This document shows positions 8,998-19,682 of a stretch of 64,000 nt of DNA, piece after piece (position 1 is the stretch's first letter; each line of letters begins with the position of its first letter). A program made the position numbers and the translations under genes. Source of the stretch: Pseudomonadota bacterium (lineage in GTDB: Bacteria; Pseudomonadota; Gammaproteobacteria; Burkholderiales; JBEEJL01); assembly GCA_043744215.1 (NCBI GenBank), contig JAYTVC010000045.1, positions 1,368 to 65,367 on the forward strand. The letters run 5' to 3'. The notes under the pieces were generated by a model, which saw nothing but the letters and a program-made list of their open reading frames with translations, was not told the DNA's origin and made no database searches.

Positions 8998-9340
8998 TGT
9001 CGATCTGCACTCGTTTCGGCAACTTGCTCACTATCGTGTCATACGCCATCTTCAACAAACCTTTTGCCTCCGCATCGCTTAGTGCCTGGTTATTGGTCAC
9101 CGTTACCCACTTCCAGCGCGCAAGATACGGCGCAGGTTCTATGCCGGGCCGATCCGTCAACTCCAGAAAGCGCGCCGGGTCGGCTTTGAATCCACATTGC
9201 TTCAACTTGCCTTGTTCATCTATGGAAAACACGGCAAACATTTTTTTGTGTATGCAACAGGCGATCACATGACCCCACTTGAGGTCCTGGGTTACGTGGG
9301 GAAAAGTGAGGCAATGTTTGAGGGCGGTTTCGAGGCGCAT
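8975..9340 (-). CDS. MmcQ/YjbR-family protein
   Basis: 121 aa. The sequence pattern (FPHVTQDLKWGH...KMFAVF...PAPYLARWKWVTV) matches my recollection of the YjbR fold family. It overlaps the downstream gene start by 23 nt. Confidence 0.7.
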   Translation of the reverse strand: MRLETALKHCLTFPHVTQDLKWGHVIACCIHKKMFAVFSIDEQGKLKQCGFKADPARFLELTDRPGIEPAPYLARWKWVTVTNNQALSDAEAKGLLKMAYDTIVSKLPKRVQIDIGQLHGK

Positions 9341-9541
9341 GGTGATTGAGTATAGCCAATATCAGGCAAGGGATTGCCGGCTAACAAATGGAAAATTATT
9401 TCTCAATCCATCATGACCTTCCCCCATAGAGGGGAAAGTGATTTCTTTTTTTGATAGTGATTTCTCGGAGACGCAACCAAGAATAGCTTTACTCGGTCTT
9501 GGCGCATGATGGGCACGCTAGGCTTTGCCCATTCTGCTTTC

Positions 9542-10417
9542 TTACTTATTCATCCGCTCAATCACCTTCACTATCGCCGAAGAATCCAGTTCACCATCGC
9601 CGCTGCCCATCAGCGCATTAAGGTGTTGCGAAACGAGTGAAGCCGCGGGCAGCGCGAGGCCGAGTTGATGGGCGGCATCGAGCACGATGCGCATGTCTTT
9701 CTGATGCAGCTTTACTTTAAAGCCGGGTTTGAAGTCGTTGTCGAGCATGCGCTTGCCGTGGACTTCCATAATTTTGCTGCCGGCGAAGCCGCCCATGAGC
9801 GCATCGCGCACTTTGGCGGCATCGACGCCGTTTTTGCGTGCGAATGTTAGCGCTTCGCTTACCGCTTCGATGGTGACGGCGACGACAATCTGGTTGCACG
9901 CTTTGCACACCTGGCCTGCGCCGCTGCTGCCGACGTAAATAATATTTTTGCCCATGTTGTCGAACATGGGTTTGATGCGCGTGAAGGCATCCTGTTTGCC
10001 ACCGACCATGATTGATAAGGTGCCGTTGATGGCACCGACTTCGCCACCAGAGACGGGTGCATCGAGCATGTCGATGCCGCGCGCTGCGAGCTTTTCGGCC
10101 ATCGTGCGGGTGGCCGAAGGCGAGATGGTGCTCATATCGACCACGACAGAGCCGGGCCTGGCGCCGTGGATAACGCCGTTGTCGCCGAGGATCACTTGTT
10201 CGACATCAGGCGTGTCGGCCACCATGACAAAAATAATATCTGAACGTGCGGCCACTTCTTTGGGTGATGCGCAGGCAGTCGCGCCCGCAGCCTGCAACGG
10301 CTCCATCGATTCGGGCCGGCGTGCATACACGCTCAACGAATAGCCGCCCTTGATGAGATTCAACGCCTGAGGACGACCCATGATGCCGAGCCCGATAAAA
10401 CCTACTTTGGTTGACAT
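9542..10417 (-). CDS. NAD(P)-dependent 2-hydroxy-3-oxopropionate (tartronate semialdehyde)/3-hydroxyisobutyrate reductase family
   Basis: Rossmann motif FIGLGIMG, plus DAPVSGG and GSSGAGQVCKACNQ blocks. 291 aa. Confidence 0.85.
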   Translation of the reverse strand: MSTKVGFIGLGIMGRPQALNLIKGGYSLSVYARRPESMEPLQAAGATACASPKEVAARSDIIFVMVADTPDVEQVILGDNGVIHGARPGSVVVDMSTISPSATRTMAEKLAARGIDMLDAPVSGGEVGAINGTLSIMVGGKQDAFTRIKPMFDNMGKNIIYVGSSGAGQVCKACNQIVVAVTIEAVSEALTFARKNGVDAAKVRDALMGGFAGSKIMEVHGKRMLDNDFKPGFKVKLHQKDMRIVLDAAHQLGLALPAASLVSQHLNALMGSGDGELDSSAIVKVIERMNK

Positions 10418-10514
10418 GTTATTCCCCGAATAAATTTGTATGCGTCATTATAGCCGCGCAACCCATTTGCTAATAGTAGGGTTCTGGCGCATCGGCGCTG
10501 AATTTAACCCGCAC

Positions 10515-11492
10515 TCAGCGTTGCTTCACTTCCGGATTAACCAGATTGGGCGGATTACCCGTCGTGAGCGCCGCCGTGAGATTGTTTGCCGCTGTCATCG
10601 CCATGGCCTTGCGGGTGGCAAGGGTCGCGCTGCCGATATGCGGCACGAGCACGACATTTTTCAAATCAAGAAATCCCTGGTGCAATTTCGGTTCATTCTC
10701 GAATACATCAAGACCCGCACCGGCGATGCGTTTATTTTTCAGCGCATCGACCAGCGCCGCGTCATCTACCACGCCACCGCGGGCGACGTTGATGAGCATG
10801 GCGGACGGCTTCATCAACGCCAATTCGCGCACGCCGATCATATGATGGGTTTCTTTGGTGTACGGTAGTTGCAGCAAAACAAAATCGGATTGTTTCAACA
10901 CATCATCAAGCGACGCATAACTTGCATTACACGCTTGCTCGATGTCCGCCGCGACGCGGGTGCGGTTATGGTAAATCACCTTCATATCAAAGCCGCGCGC
11001 GCGGCGCGCAACGGCCTGACCGATGCGGCCCATGCCGATAATGCCCAAGGTCGCATGATGCACGTCGGCGCCGAGCAGCAATTCGAAATCCCATTGCCGC
11101 CAGTTGCCTTCGCGCAACCACGCTTCCGCTTCGGTGATGCGCCGCGCGGCGGCGAGTATCAGCGCGAAGGCCAGATCGGCCGTGCTGTCGTCGAGCACGC
11201 CCGGCGTGTTGGTGACCATAATGCCGCGCTGGGTGCAAGCGGCCACATCAATGTTGTTGTAACCGACACCCACATTGCACACGGCTTTGAGTTTTGGGCA
11301 ACGCGATAACAATACTTCATCGATGCGATCAACGACTGAACATACGACGCCTTCTTTGTCGCTGATAGGCGCGATTAAATTTTCGCCGAGCAACACTTTA
11401 TTTTGCGGATTCGCGCTGACGTTGAAATGTTGCGCGAGCGCGGAATGCACTTCAGGGAAAAATGGCAGCGTTACGTAAATATTTGATTTCAT
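10515..11492 (-). CDS. D-isomer-specific 2-hydroxyacid dehydrogenase (glyoxylate/hydroxypyruvate reductase-like)
   Basis: NAD motif GIIGMGRIGQAVARR, with NVARGGVVD and PHIGSAT catalytic blocks. 325 aa. Confidence 0.85.
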   Translation of the reverse strand: MKSNIYVTLPFFPEVHSALAQHFNVSANPQNKVLLGENLIAPISDKEGVVCSVVDRIDEVLLSRCPKLKAVCNVGVGYNNIDVAACTQRGIMVTNTPGVLDDSTADLAFALILAAARRITEAEAWLREGNWRQWDFELLLGADVHHATLGIIGMGRIGQAVARRARGFDMKVIYHNRTRVAADIEQACNASYASLDDVLKQSDFVLLQLPYTKETHHMIGVRELALMKPSAMLINVARGGVVDDAALVDALKNKRIAGAGLDVFENEPKLHQGFLDLKNVVLVPHIGSATLATRKAMAMTAANNLTAALTTGNPPNLVNPEVKQR

Positions 11493-11575
11493 TCAATATT
11501 TTCCATAAACAATAGAAGCAGCTAAATTCAGGTTTTGAATGTCGCTATGCGTATTTTGCAATTAATAAGGATTAC

Positions 11576-12916
11576 TTACATAACAAGTTTGGCAGCCGTT
11601 TTCAACTGCGTTTGATTTTTTACTTTCGGCTGCGGATGCCAGCCGAGTAGCGCGAGCAGAACAAAAAATCCGACGACATACGCGACGGCAATCATCCAGC
11701 CGTGGCGCAACCATGCGCCGACGGATTTCGCTTCGGGGAAATTATTCGACAGCGCCACCCCCGCAGACGAGCCGAACCACAACATTGAGCCGCCGAAGCC
11801 GACCGCGTAGGCCAGCATGCCCCAGTCGTAACCGTCTTGATCAAGCGCGAGTTTGGTTAGTGGAATGTTATCGAACACAGCCGAAACAAATCCTAAGCCC
11901 AAGGTCGTCGGCCATGACGCGGGGGGCAAGTGCTCCACCGGCATCATCGATGCGCACAGCACGAGCGACAATAAAAATAGGCTCCCTTTGAATGCGCCGG
12001 GAACCTGGCTCCAGTCGGGCTTGCGAATCGGCGCGGCAATAAAAATCGCCAGCCACACTGCGACGCCGATAAATGGAAAGCTATCGGCCAGATGATTGTA
12101 GCGCGTGTTGACGACGACATTCGCGACGATAGCCGCAGCGAGAATAAAAGCCACAATTCCGACGCGAGGCCAATCAATGGCCAAGCCGCTAGGTGCATCT
12201 TTGGTAATCGGCGAGTGCCGTTGTTGTTGAATGGCAGCAGGAATACCGAAGATCACCAATGCAATAATCGCGGCAACATACGCTTCGAGTACTTGTATTG
12301 GCTTCACGCCGTCGATCCACATCATGGTGGTGGTCGTGTCGCCCACGACGCTGCCCGACCCACCGGCATTCGACGCAGCAACAATCGCAACCAGATAACC
12401 GATATGCACCTTTTGCCGGAACACCGACGCGGCCATGGTGCCGCCGATCATCGCGGCGGCGATATTGTCGAGAAAACTCGACAGCACAAATACGATAACC
12501 AATAAAAAGAATGCGCCCTTCCAATCATCGGGAAGAATGTTAGGCAACTCGGCGGGAATGCGTGTCTCTTCAAAATGCCGCGACAGCAACGCGAACCCCA
12601 CTAGCAGGCATAACAGATTCGTCAGGATCACCCATTCGTGTTGCAGATGGTTTGCTAACCCTGCAAAACCTGTTCCGTGTTTGAAACCTGTGATGGATAT
12701 TTTATAAAGCGTGATGAGCGCGAGCCCCGCCAGCGCCACTTGCAACGTACGGTGATGGAACAACGCCACCCCGAGCAAGGTGGCGGCGAACAAAATGAAA
12801 TCAATGGGGATGCCAAATACGTTCGGCAGAACGGCGGCGGATTCGGCAGCGCGTGCGGGCAGCGCCACGAGCGCCGCGGAGAGCATGCTCAAACACAATG
12901 CGGTAATTCGTTTCAA
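11576..12916 (-). CDS. ArsB/NhaD-superfamily permease, probably an NhaD-type Na+/H+ antiporter
   Basis: N-terminal signal-like segment and more than 10 hydrophobic segments. The block LPDDWKGAFFLLVIVFVLSSFLDNIAAA resembles NhaD as I recall it. Confidence 0.6.
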   Translation of the reverse strand: MKRITALCLSMLSAALVALPARAAESAAVLPNVFGIPIDFILFAATLLGVALFHHRTLQVALAGLALITLYKISITGFKHGTGFAGLANHLQHEWVILTNLLCLLVGFALLSRHFEETRIPAELPNILPDDWKGAFFLLVIVFVLSSFLDNIAAAMIGGTMAASVFRQKVHIGYLVAIVAASNAGGSGSVVGDTTTTMMWIDGVKPIQVLEAYVAAIIALVIFGIPAAIQQQRHSPITKDAPSGLAIDWPRVGIVAFILAAAIVANVVVNTRYNHLADSFPFIGVAVWLAIFIAAPIRKPDWSQVPGAFKGSLFLLSLVLCASMMPVEHLPPASWPTTLGLGFVSAVFDNIPLTKLALDQDGYDWGMLAYAVGFGGSMLWFGSSAGVALSNNFPEAKSVGAWLRHGWMIAVAYVVGFFVLLALLGWHPQPKVKNQTQLKTAAKLVM

Positions 12917-13038
12917 TTCGCCTCCCTACGAAAATATTATTTTGTGTGAACACATTATATGCCGCAATACCTTCACCTTAACAAATCATCATAATCGCGT
13001 TTACAATACGCGCTGGCTTCCTAATTGATGGCAGGAAC

Positions 13039-13812
13039 ATGACAACCAAGCGCGACCCCACCCAACGTTTTTCCAGCCGCGTAGAAAATTACGTCAAGAC
13101 TCGTCCTGGTTATCCCGAAACCATGCTTGATGTATTGCAACGAGCCTGCGGCTTGAATCCTCATTCAATCATTGCCGACATCGGCTCTGGCACCGGACTC
13201 TCAACAGAACCGTTTTTGAAAAATGGCAATCCAGTTTTTGGTGTGGAGCCGAATAAAGAAATGCACGAAGCAGCAGAAAAATTATTACGCGACTATAAAA
13301 ACTTCACTAGTATCGATGCCACAGCGGAAAACACAAAATTATCAATAAAATCAATATGTTATGTAGTTTCTGGCCAAGCCTTTCATTGGTTCGACCGCGT
13401 CGCCACGCGAAAAGAATTTGCACGCATTCTCAAACCCGATGGCTACGTGCTGTTGATCTGGAATGACCGCAAAACCGATGCGACACCATTCCTGCGCGCC
13501 TACGAAAATCTGTTAGTGGAATTTTCTACCGACTACCGCGAAATCAATCACCGCAACATCGACGAAAACGTCATCAACGAATTTTTTACGCCGAACAAAT
13601 TTGATTTAATTTCTTTACCCAACGCGCAACATTTTGATTACACCAAACTGGAAGGCCGTTTGATGTCATCATCCTACGCGCCGGATGTGGGCCATCCGCA
13701 GCATTTGCCCATGTTGAAAAAACTGCGCGATATCTACGATGAACATCAGGTGAATGATAACGTTACGTTTGAATATGCCACGCTGATTTATTATGGGCAT
13801 TTGAGTTTGTAG
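13039..13812 (+). CDS. class I SAM-dependent methyltransferase
   Basis: Motif I IADIGSGTGLS. 257 aa. Followed by a clean terminator. The gene looks AT-richer than its neighbours by eye. Confidence 0.8.
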   Translation: MTTKRDPTQRFSSRVENYVKTRPGYPETMLDVLQRACGLNPHSIIADIGSGTGLSTEPFLKNGNPVFGVEPNKEMHEAAEKLLRDYKNFTSIDATAENTKLSIKSICYVVSGQAFHWFDRVATRKEFARILKPDGYVLLIWNDRKTDATPFLRAYENLLVEFSTDYREINHRNIDENVINEFFTPNKFDLISLPNAQHFDYTKLEGRLMSSSYAPDVGHPQHLPMLKKLRDIYDEHQVNDNVTFEYATLIYYGHLSL

Positions 13813-13843
13813 AGTAAATGAAGATTTTCCGAAACTTACCCAT

Positions 13844-13877
13844 CCCCACCCCTTGAAAGGGAGGGGACTTTTTTTTC
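13844..13877 (+). terminator. Rho-independent terminator of the methyltransferase gene
   Basis: CCCCACCCC ... GGGAGGGG hairpin followed by a T run (13869-13876). Confidence 0.75.
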
Positions 13878-13924
13878 GATTTATTTTTACCGCTTATCTT
13901 ACGAACACAAAGTACATTAAAAAA

Positions 13925-14653
13925 TTAATGTGCTGCCCCCAAATACGCCGCTCTCACCGCCGGATCATTCTTCAACTGTTCCGCCGGGCCGTGCACAGCG
14001 ATGTTGCCGTTTTCTAAAACGTAACCGTAGTCGGCCACGTTCAACGCCGCTGCTGCGAATTGCTCCACCAGCAACATCGTGACGCCCCGCTCTTTCAGGC
14101 GCTTGATGGTAGCGAATACCTCTTCAACCAGAATTGGTGCCAAACCCATTGAAGGTTCATCAAGCAAGAGCACGTCAGGATTCAACATGAGAGCGCGCGC
14201 CATGGCGAGCATTTGCTGTTCGCCGCCCGATAAAGTACCGGCCAGTTGGTTACGCCGTTCTTTCAAGCGCGGAAACAGTTCGAGATTTTTTTCCAGGTCA
14301 GCTTGCACATCGCCGCGCGGGCGACCGCCGCCGAAGGTCATGCGCGGAAATGCGCCAAGCAATAAGTTATCGGTTACCGACTGCGTAGGAAACACGCGTC
14401 GGCCTTCGGGCGAATGGGCGAGACCGGTCTTGGTAATTTTGTGCGACGGCAGGCCGGTGATATTTTTGCCGTTCAAAGTTATTTCGCCACCGGTCGGCTC
14501 AATCATGCCGGACACTGCGCGCATGGTCGTCGTTTTGCCGGCACCGTTGGAACCGATGAGGGTGACGACTTTTCCTTTTGGCACATCGATGGAAATACCG
14601 TGCAACACTTGCACTTTACCGTAGGCGGCCTGAAGATTTTTGATAGTTAGCAT
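13925..14653 (-). CDS. livF: LIV-type ABC transporter ATP-binding protein (LivF-like)
   Basis: Walker [10 protein letters not shown], signature LSGGEQQML, Walker B LLLDEPS. Confidence 0.9.
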   Translation of the reverse strand: MLTIKNLQAAYGKVQVLHGISIDVPKGKVVTLIGSNGAGKTTTMRAVSGMIEPTGGEITLNGKNITGLPSHKITKTGLAHSPEGRRVFPTQSVTDNLLLGAFPRMTFGGGRPRGDVQADLEKNLELFPRLKERRNQLAGTLSGGEQQMLAMARALMLNPDVLLLDEPSMGLAPILVEEVFATIKRLKERGVTMLLVEQFAAAALNVADYGYVLENGNIAVHGPAEQLKNDPAVRAAYLGAAH

Positions 14654-14662
14654 GTCGGTTCC

Positions 14663-16600
14663 TTACGCGGCGGTGCCGCCGAGATACGCTTCGATAACTT
14701 TGGGGTTCGCTTGCACTGCCGCCGGTTTGCCCTCGGCGATTTTCTGGCCGAAGTCGAGCACGGAGACGGTATCGGAAATACTCATCACCACATCCATATG
14801 ATGTTCGATAAGAATAACGGTGATGCCGTGGTCGCGGATTTTTTTGATGATCTCAATCAGCTCCTTGATATCGGGCGCGGTCAAACCTGCAGCCGGTTCA
14901 TCCAGCAGCAACAGTGTCGGCGCGAGGCCGAGGGCACGGCCGATTTCCAGCAAACGTTGTTTGCCATAGGGAAGATTGCGCGCTTCTTCGTTGGCCAGAT
15001 CGGCGAGGCCGACAAATTGCAGAATGCTCGCTGCGCGTACGCGGCCATTGTGTTCTTCGTCGCGATATTTTTTGGTGTGCAGCATCACATCCAACAAATT
15101 GCTTCGGTAGGTGTGATGCAAACCCACCAACACGTTTTCAATCGCTGTCATTTCGCCGAACAGTTGTACGTTCTGAAACGTACGCGCAATGCCGGAGAGT
15201 GCAATGTCGGACGGCGTATTGCCGGTAATTCCCTTGCCGTTAAAATCGACTCCGCCGGCTGTCGGCTGATAAATGCCCGTAAGCACATTCATCATGGTGG
15301 ATTTGCCTGATCCATTAGGCCCGATCAAGCCATGAATGGAACCCTTGGCAATGCTTAAATCCACTTCGTTCAAGGCCTTCAAGCCGCCGAACTGCATGAG
15401 GATTTTTTTCGCTTCGAGCAGATTGCCACTGGCGACGCTGACATTTTTTGCCGCGCCCCATGTATGCGCGTCATCTCCTTTGTCGGCAATGGTTTCGTGG
15501 TAATGCACCCATTCCGGCTTGTAGTGGGCCACTATGCTGCGCAACCAGCCTATTATTCCCTCTTGCAGGTAATACACCACAAACAAAATCAGGAAACCGA
15601 AAATGGTGATGCGCCAGTTGGTCATGTTCTCCAACGTGAACGCAGCAGCGACCAATGCAATGGCACCGATCACAGGAACAATAGCGTTTTGTAGAGGGCG
15701 ATCTTTTTTAATGAAGGTGCGCACAGTAAAAAATACTGCGCCGAGCGCTGCCGCAATCGCGATATATCGAAACAATTGGATGTCATCGAGCAAGCTGGGC
15801 AGCATGACGATAATGGTCGCGCCAAGCACTGCTCCCAAACGAGTTTTGCGGCCGCCCATGATGATGGCGAGCAAGAATAAAATCGTCAGCTCGAAGTTGA
15901 ATGTATTTGGTGCAATATAAAGTTCGTTGTATGAATACAGCCCCCCCGCCAGACCTGCCAGCGCAGCGCTGATGACAAACGCATAAACTTTATATTTGTA
16001 AACGCTCACGCCCATACAGTCAGATGCCACTGGGCTTCCACGTAAGGCGGTAAAAGCGCGTCCAAGGTGAGACTTAAGAATACGATGCACCACCAATAGC
16101 GCGACTAAAAATACCGCGATAACCACATAATAATATTCAGTCTCGTGGAATACATGGCCCATCACCGCGGGCTTATTGAGTTTGATGCCCAACGGGCCTT
16201 CGGTCAGCCAGGTCATTTCGTTGATAAGAATCTGCGCGATAGTACCAAACGCCAGTGTCACCATGGCCAGATAAGGTCCCGTCACCCGCAAAGCCGGCAG
16301 CGCCAGTATCAATCCGAAAAATGCAGTGACCACAATACTGAACGGAATCGTTGCATAAAAAGGCCAACCAAACTTGAAGGTCAGGATGCCAGCCGTATAA
16401 GCCCCTATGCCGAACAGCGCGGAATGTGCGAGCGAGACTTCGCCCGTGTAGCCCACCACGATGTCAAGACCGAATAACAAAATCGCATAGATGGCGATCA
16501 ACACTATCTGATGAATGTAGTAATCGTTTTTAATGACCAGCGGCGCAGCAATCAATAGCAGCAACCCAATTACGCCAAAAATGATTTGATTGGTTTTCAT
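14663..16600 (-). CDS. fused LIV-type ABC permease (LivM-like) / ATP-binding protein (LivG-like)
   Basis: The N-terminal roughly 330 aa are strongly hydrophobic. The C-terminal part is an ABC ATPase ([35 protein letters not shown]). Confidence 0.9.
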   Translation of the reverse strand: MKTNQIIFGVIGLLLLIAAPLVIKNDYYIHQIVLIAIYAILLFGLDIVVGYTGEVSLAHSALFGIGAYTAGILTFKFGWPFYATIPFSIVVTAFFGLILALPALRVTGPYLAMVTLAFGTIAQILINEMTWLTEGPLGIKLNKPAVMGHVFHETEYYYVVIAVFLVALLVVHRILKSHLGRAFTALRGSPVASDCMGVSVYKYKVYAFVISAALAGLAGGLYSYNELYIAPNTFNFELTILFLLAIIMGGRKTRLGAVLGATIIVMLPSLLDDIQLFRYIAIAAALGAVFFTVRTFIKKDRPLQNAIVPVIGAIALVAAAFTLENMTNWRITIFGFLILFVVYYLQEGIIGWLRSIVAHYKPEWVHYHETIADKGDDAHTWGAAKNVSVASGNLLEAKKILMQFGGLKALNEVDLSIAKGSIHGLIGPNGSGKSTMMNVLTGIYQPTAGGVDFNGKGITGNTPSDIALSGIARTFQNVQLFGEMTAIENVLVGLHHTYRSNLLDVMLHTKKYRDEEHNGRVRAASILQFVGLADLANEEARNLPYGKQRLLEIGRALGLAPTLLLLDEPAAGLTAPDIKELIEIIKKIRDHGITVILIEHHMDVVMSISDTVSVLDFGQKIAEGKPAAVQANPKVIEAYLGGTAA

Positions 16601-16602
16601 AC

Positions 16603-17490
16603 TTATACTTTCTTGATAGCGGTTTTGCCGAACAGGCCGGCGGGCTTGATAGCCAACACCAGCAGTAGCAGCACTAGACCAGGCACGTCTTTATAGCCGG
16701 TCGAAATATAAAACCCGGTGATGGTTTCCGCGATGCCAAGCAGCAGCCCTCCGACAATTACCCCCATTCCGGAAGTGAGGCCGCCGATAATTGCCACGGC
16801 AAAGGCTTTCAATCCAAGTACGGCACCCATGGTGGCACCGGTAAGCGTGAGCGGTGCAATCAGTACGCCAGCAAAGGCAGCGGTAGCTGACGACAGCGCG
16901 TAAGAAAAAGTAATCACCAAACCGGTGTTGATACCCATCAAGCCCGCCGCATCGCGATCGCTGCTGGTCGCCACTACGGCTTTGCCGTAAATGGATTTAC
17001 GGTTGAATGCTTCAACAATTAACATCATCAGCAAGGCACCGATGATGACAATAATTTCCATAGGCAACATTTTGATACCGAGGTTTTTGCTGAGCCACTC
17101 TATGGGCGACGCCGATAGGGGCGAAGGGAATTTCAGATCGTCACGACCCCAGATATTTTCGGCCACGTTTTTGAAAATGATTCCTAAGGCGATAGTGGAC
17201 ATGATCCAGCCGAATTCGGACTTTATTTTAATCGCTGGGCGAACACCGATGCGTTCGACAAACGCGCCTTGAAAAGCGCCAAACAGCATAGCGAGAGGAA
17301 TCACAATCCAATAATTGATGCCTGCATTGGCGAGAGTCAAGCCGACCATTGCGCCCAGCATCAAGGCATCGCCTTGCCCGAAATTTAGTGTACCGCTGGT
17401 GGCGAAAGTCAATTGGTAACCGAAGGCAATCACGGCGTAAATCATACCGAGTGCAATGCCGCTGACGATGAGTTGCCAGAAATTTTCCAT
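16603..17490 (-). CDS. livH: LIV-type ABC transporter permease (LivH-like)
   Basis: 295-aa polytopic membrane protein with a LivH/BraD-type N-terminus (LIVSGIALGMIYAVIAFGYQL). Confidence 0.9.
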   Translation of the reverse strand: MENFWQLIVSGIALGMIYAVIAFGYQLTFATSGTLNFGQGDALMLGAMVGLTLANAGINYWIVIPLAMLFGAFQGAFVERIGVRPAIKIKSEFGWIMSTIALGIIFKNVAENIWGRDDLKFPSPLSASPIEWLSKNLGIKMLPMEIIVIIGALLMMLIVEAFNRKSIYGKAVVATSSDRDAAGLMGINTGLVITFSYALSSATAAFAGVLIAPLTLTGATMGAVLGLKAFAVAIIGGLTSGMGVIVGGLLLGIAETITGFYISTGYKDVPGLVLLLLVLAIKPAGLFGKTAIKKV

Positions 17491-17536
17491 GGTTTTTACT
17501 CTAATAATTACCCGATTGCCGGGCGGGAAAATTTAT

Positions 17537-17566
17537 GAAAAAAGCCAATCCGTGTTTCGGATTGGC
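17537..17566 (-). terminator. intra-operon Rho-independent terminator/attenuator after the binding-protein gene
   Basis: On the minus strand, GCCAATCCG-aaaca-CGGATTGGC is followed by TTTTTT. It lies between the SBP gene and the permease genes. Confidence 0.7.
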
Positions 17567-17625
17567 CTTATATTATCTGCTTACTGCTTCATGTTTTTGA
17601 TAAAGCAGTAAGTTTTACTTCTTGC

Positions 17626-18786
17626 TTATTGTGCGCGAACGACGTGACCGCCTTTGACCATGCCCATAACTGGCATGCCCATTTTTACGGCTTCGTGATC
17701 ATCGTGGGTGAACGGTTTGTCGTAGTTTGCTACCACGCCATCCACTTTTTCTTTCAAGCTTTCCAGCGCTTCACGCACTTTAGGGCCATCCGTCACGCCA
17801 GCTTGCTTGATGGCAGCAGCCAGAATGTACATGGAGTCATAACCTTGCGCAGCGGAAACTGGCGAAGGAATACGGCCATTGGTGGGGTTGTAGGCTTTCA
17901 AATAGGCTTCGATAAACGATTTACGTTTTGGTGTGTCGCCTTCCTGAATAAACGTTTGCGGCATCACTGCACCTTCACCGTTGGCACCGGCATTGTCGAT
18001 AAAGTTGGCCATCGACAAAGTCCAGCTTCCCATCATCGGCACTTTCCAACCGAGTTTTTCCATACCGTTGGCGATCTGGGCCAACTCCGGACCAATAGCG
18101 TAAGTCAGAATCGCTTCGGCGCCAGCTTGCTTTGCCTTCAACAGTTGCGGGGTCATGTCCACGTCTTTAACGTTGAATTTCTCAACGGCGACAGGCGTAA
18201 TGTTTTTTGCAGCCAACGCCTTGGTCAAATCGTCTTTACCCAATTGCCCGTAGTTGGTCGAGTCGGCCAGAATCGCTACTTTGGTGAACTTACGCTTTTC
18301 GATGGCTTCAGCCACGATCATGGCTGATTGAATCGTGTCGTGGGCCGCGTTGCGGAACACGTAGTTGTCGGCGTGCTCAGGCGGCACGAACTGTTTGGTC
18401 ACGATAGAACCCGTAGCCACGTTATTCATTACCGGGATTTTGGCTTCCTGGTAGAAACGCTGAGAGGCAAGCGCGACACCCGTGTTAATGAAACCTACGG
18501 TGGCGGCAACTTTTTCCTTATTAATCAATTCTTGAGTAACTTGAACGCCGCGCTCGTTTTTGGCTTCGTCGTCACGCTCGACCAATTGTATTTGACGGCC
18601 CAGCACACCGCCTTTGGCGTTGATTTCGGCAACGGCCAGTTTGACGCCGTCACGCATGGAAACGCCCATGGGTGACGAACCGCCAGTGAAAGGACCAGAC
18701 ACACCAATTTTGATAGGGTCGGCTGCAATCGCTGCAACGGACATTACGCTCAAGGCTACCGCAGCAACCAGAGATTTCAGTTTCAT
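17626..18786 (-). CDS. LIV-type (Peripla_BP_6) periplasmic substrate-binding protein
   Basis: Signal peptide (MKLKSLVAAVALSVMSVAAIAA) and a LivK-like start of the mature protein (IKIGVSGPFTGGSSPMG). Confidence 0.9.
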   Translation of the reverse strand: MKLKSLVAAVALSVMSVAAIAADPIKIGVSGPFTGGSSPMGVSMRDGVKLAVAEINAKGGVLGRQIQLVERDDEAKNERGVQVTQELINKEKVAATVGFINTGVALASQRFYQEAKIPVMNNVATGSIVTKQFVPPEHADNYVFRNAAHDTIQSAMIVAEAIEKRKFTKVAILADSTNYGQLGKDDLTKALAAKNITPVAVEKFNVKDVDMTPQLLKAKQAGAEAILTYAIGPELAQIANGMEKLGWKVPMMGSWTLSMANFIDNAGANGEGAVMPQTFIQEGDTPKRKSFIEAYLKAYNPTNGRIPSPVSAAQGYDSMYILAAAIKQAGVTDGPKVREALESLKEKVDGVVANYDKPFTHDDHEAVKMGMPVMGMVKGGHVVRAQ

Positions 18787-18909
18787 ACTTCACTCCTAAA
18801 TTTAATAAATTGAATGGATAAATTGGCGCTGTTTGATGTTGCGTTTTTTTGCTGGCATGCAGCATTATTTATGCTTTTGGAAGCCGGTAAGAAACCCGGT
18901 TATTCCACA

Positions 18910-18930
18910 TAGCAAAACCACGTTTTGCTA
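18910..18930. promoter_or_regulatory. perfect 9-3-9 palindrome TAGCAAAAC-cac-GTTTTGCTA upstream of the ABC operon
   Basis: Read directly from the sequence. It is 124 nt upstream of the SBP start codon and has no following T run. Confidence 0.4.
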
Positions 18931-19010
18931 ACGAAATGTAGACTACCTTAGCAAACTCATAAACGCAATCCCGTCAACACCCCACCAACACCGTCCTGTC
19001 TCAACGGCAA

Positions 19011-19682
19011 TTAGTTATTCGCGTTGACTAATAGTATATGCACACGATAGGGGCCGTGGGCACCCAGCACAATAGTCTGCTCAATATCGGCGGTGCGGGA
19101 AGGGCCGGAAACAAAATTTACTGCGCGCGGCAGTTGCCCGTGTTCTTTTCGCAACAAGGCCCAGGCATCCTCCATATAAGGCACGATGCGGTTTTTGTGC
19201 AGGATGGCGATGTGGGTCTCAGGCACGAGGCTGACGGATGCAGTGGAGTCAGCGCCGGACACCAGCACCAGCGTTCCAGTTTCGGCGATGGCCGCGAATG
19301 CGCCGCTGACGCCGACCATGTCATCGCCGGTCGGCCTACGGGCCTGGATAGTCAGACCGGCGTTTTGCCAATCGAGATGTTTCAAAGTGGGCCAGCAGAC
19401 ACCTTGTGTCGGCAAATTATTTTTATTCAGATAATCCTTGCACGCGGCGGGCACGTCGTTTTCGGTGGACACTTCGGCGACCGTGCAAATCATTTCCTGC
19501 GCGAGACGCCGGAATCGTTCGACCATATCGCCGCTCATGGCCGGGCGCGGGCCAATGGTTTTTTTGGCAATGTGTGCCTGCACCGCATCGTGCTCCGCTT
19601 GCGTGGCCGCGCCATCACGCCCTTGCGCTGTGCGTACACGGGCGAGGATTTTTTCTTTGGCCCTCATGGTTGTTTCGCTCAT
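19011..19682 (-). CDS. lutC: lactate utilization protein C (LUD domain)
   Basis: 223 aa. Its start overlaps the lutB stop by 4 nt. It is the third gene of a lutA-lutB-lutC arrangement. Confidence 0.8.
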   Translation of the reverse strand: MSETTMRAKEKILARVRTAQGRDGAATQAEHDAVQAHIAKKTIGPRPAMSGDMVERFRRLAQEMICTVAEVSTENDVPAACKDYLNKNNLPTQGVCWPTLKHLDWQNAGLTIQARRPTGDDMVGVSGAFAAIAETGTLVLVSGADSTASVSLVPETHIAILHKNRIVPYMEDAWALLRKEHGQLPRAVNFVSGPSRTADIEQTIVLGAHGPYRVHILLVNANN

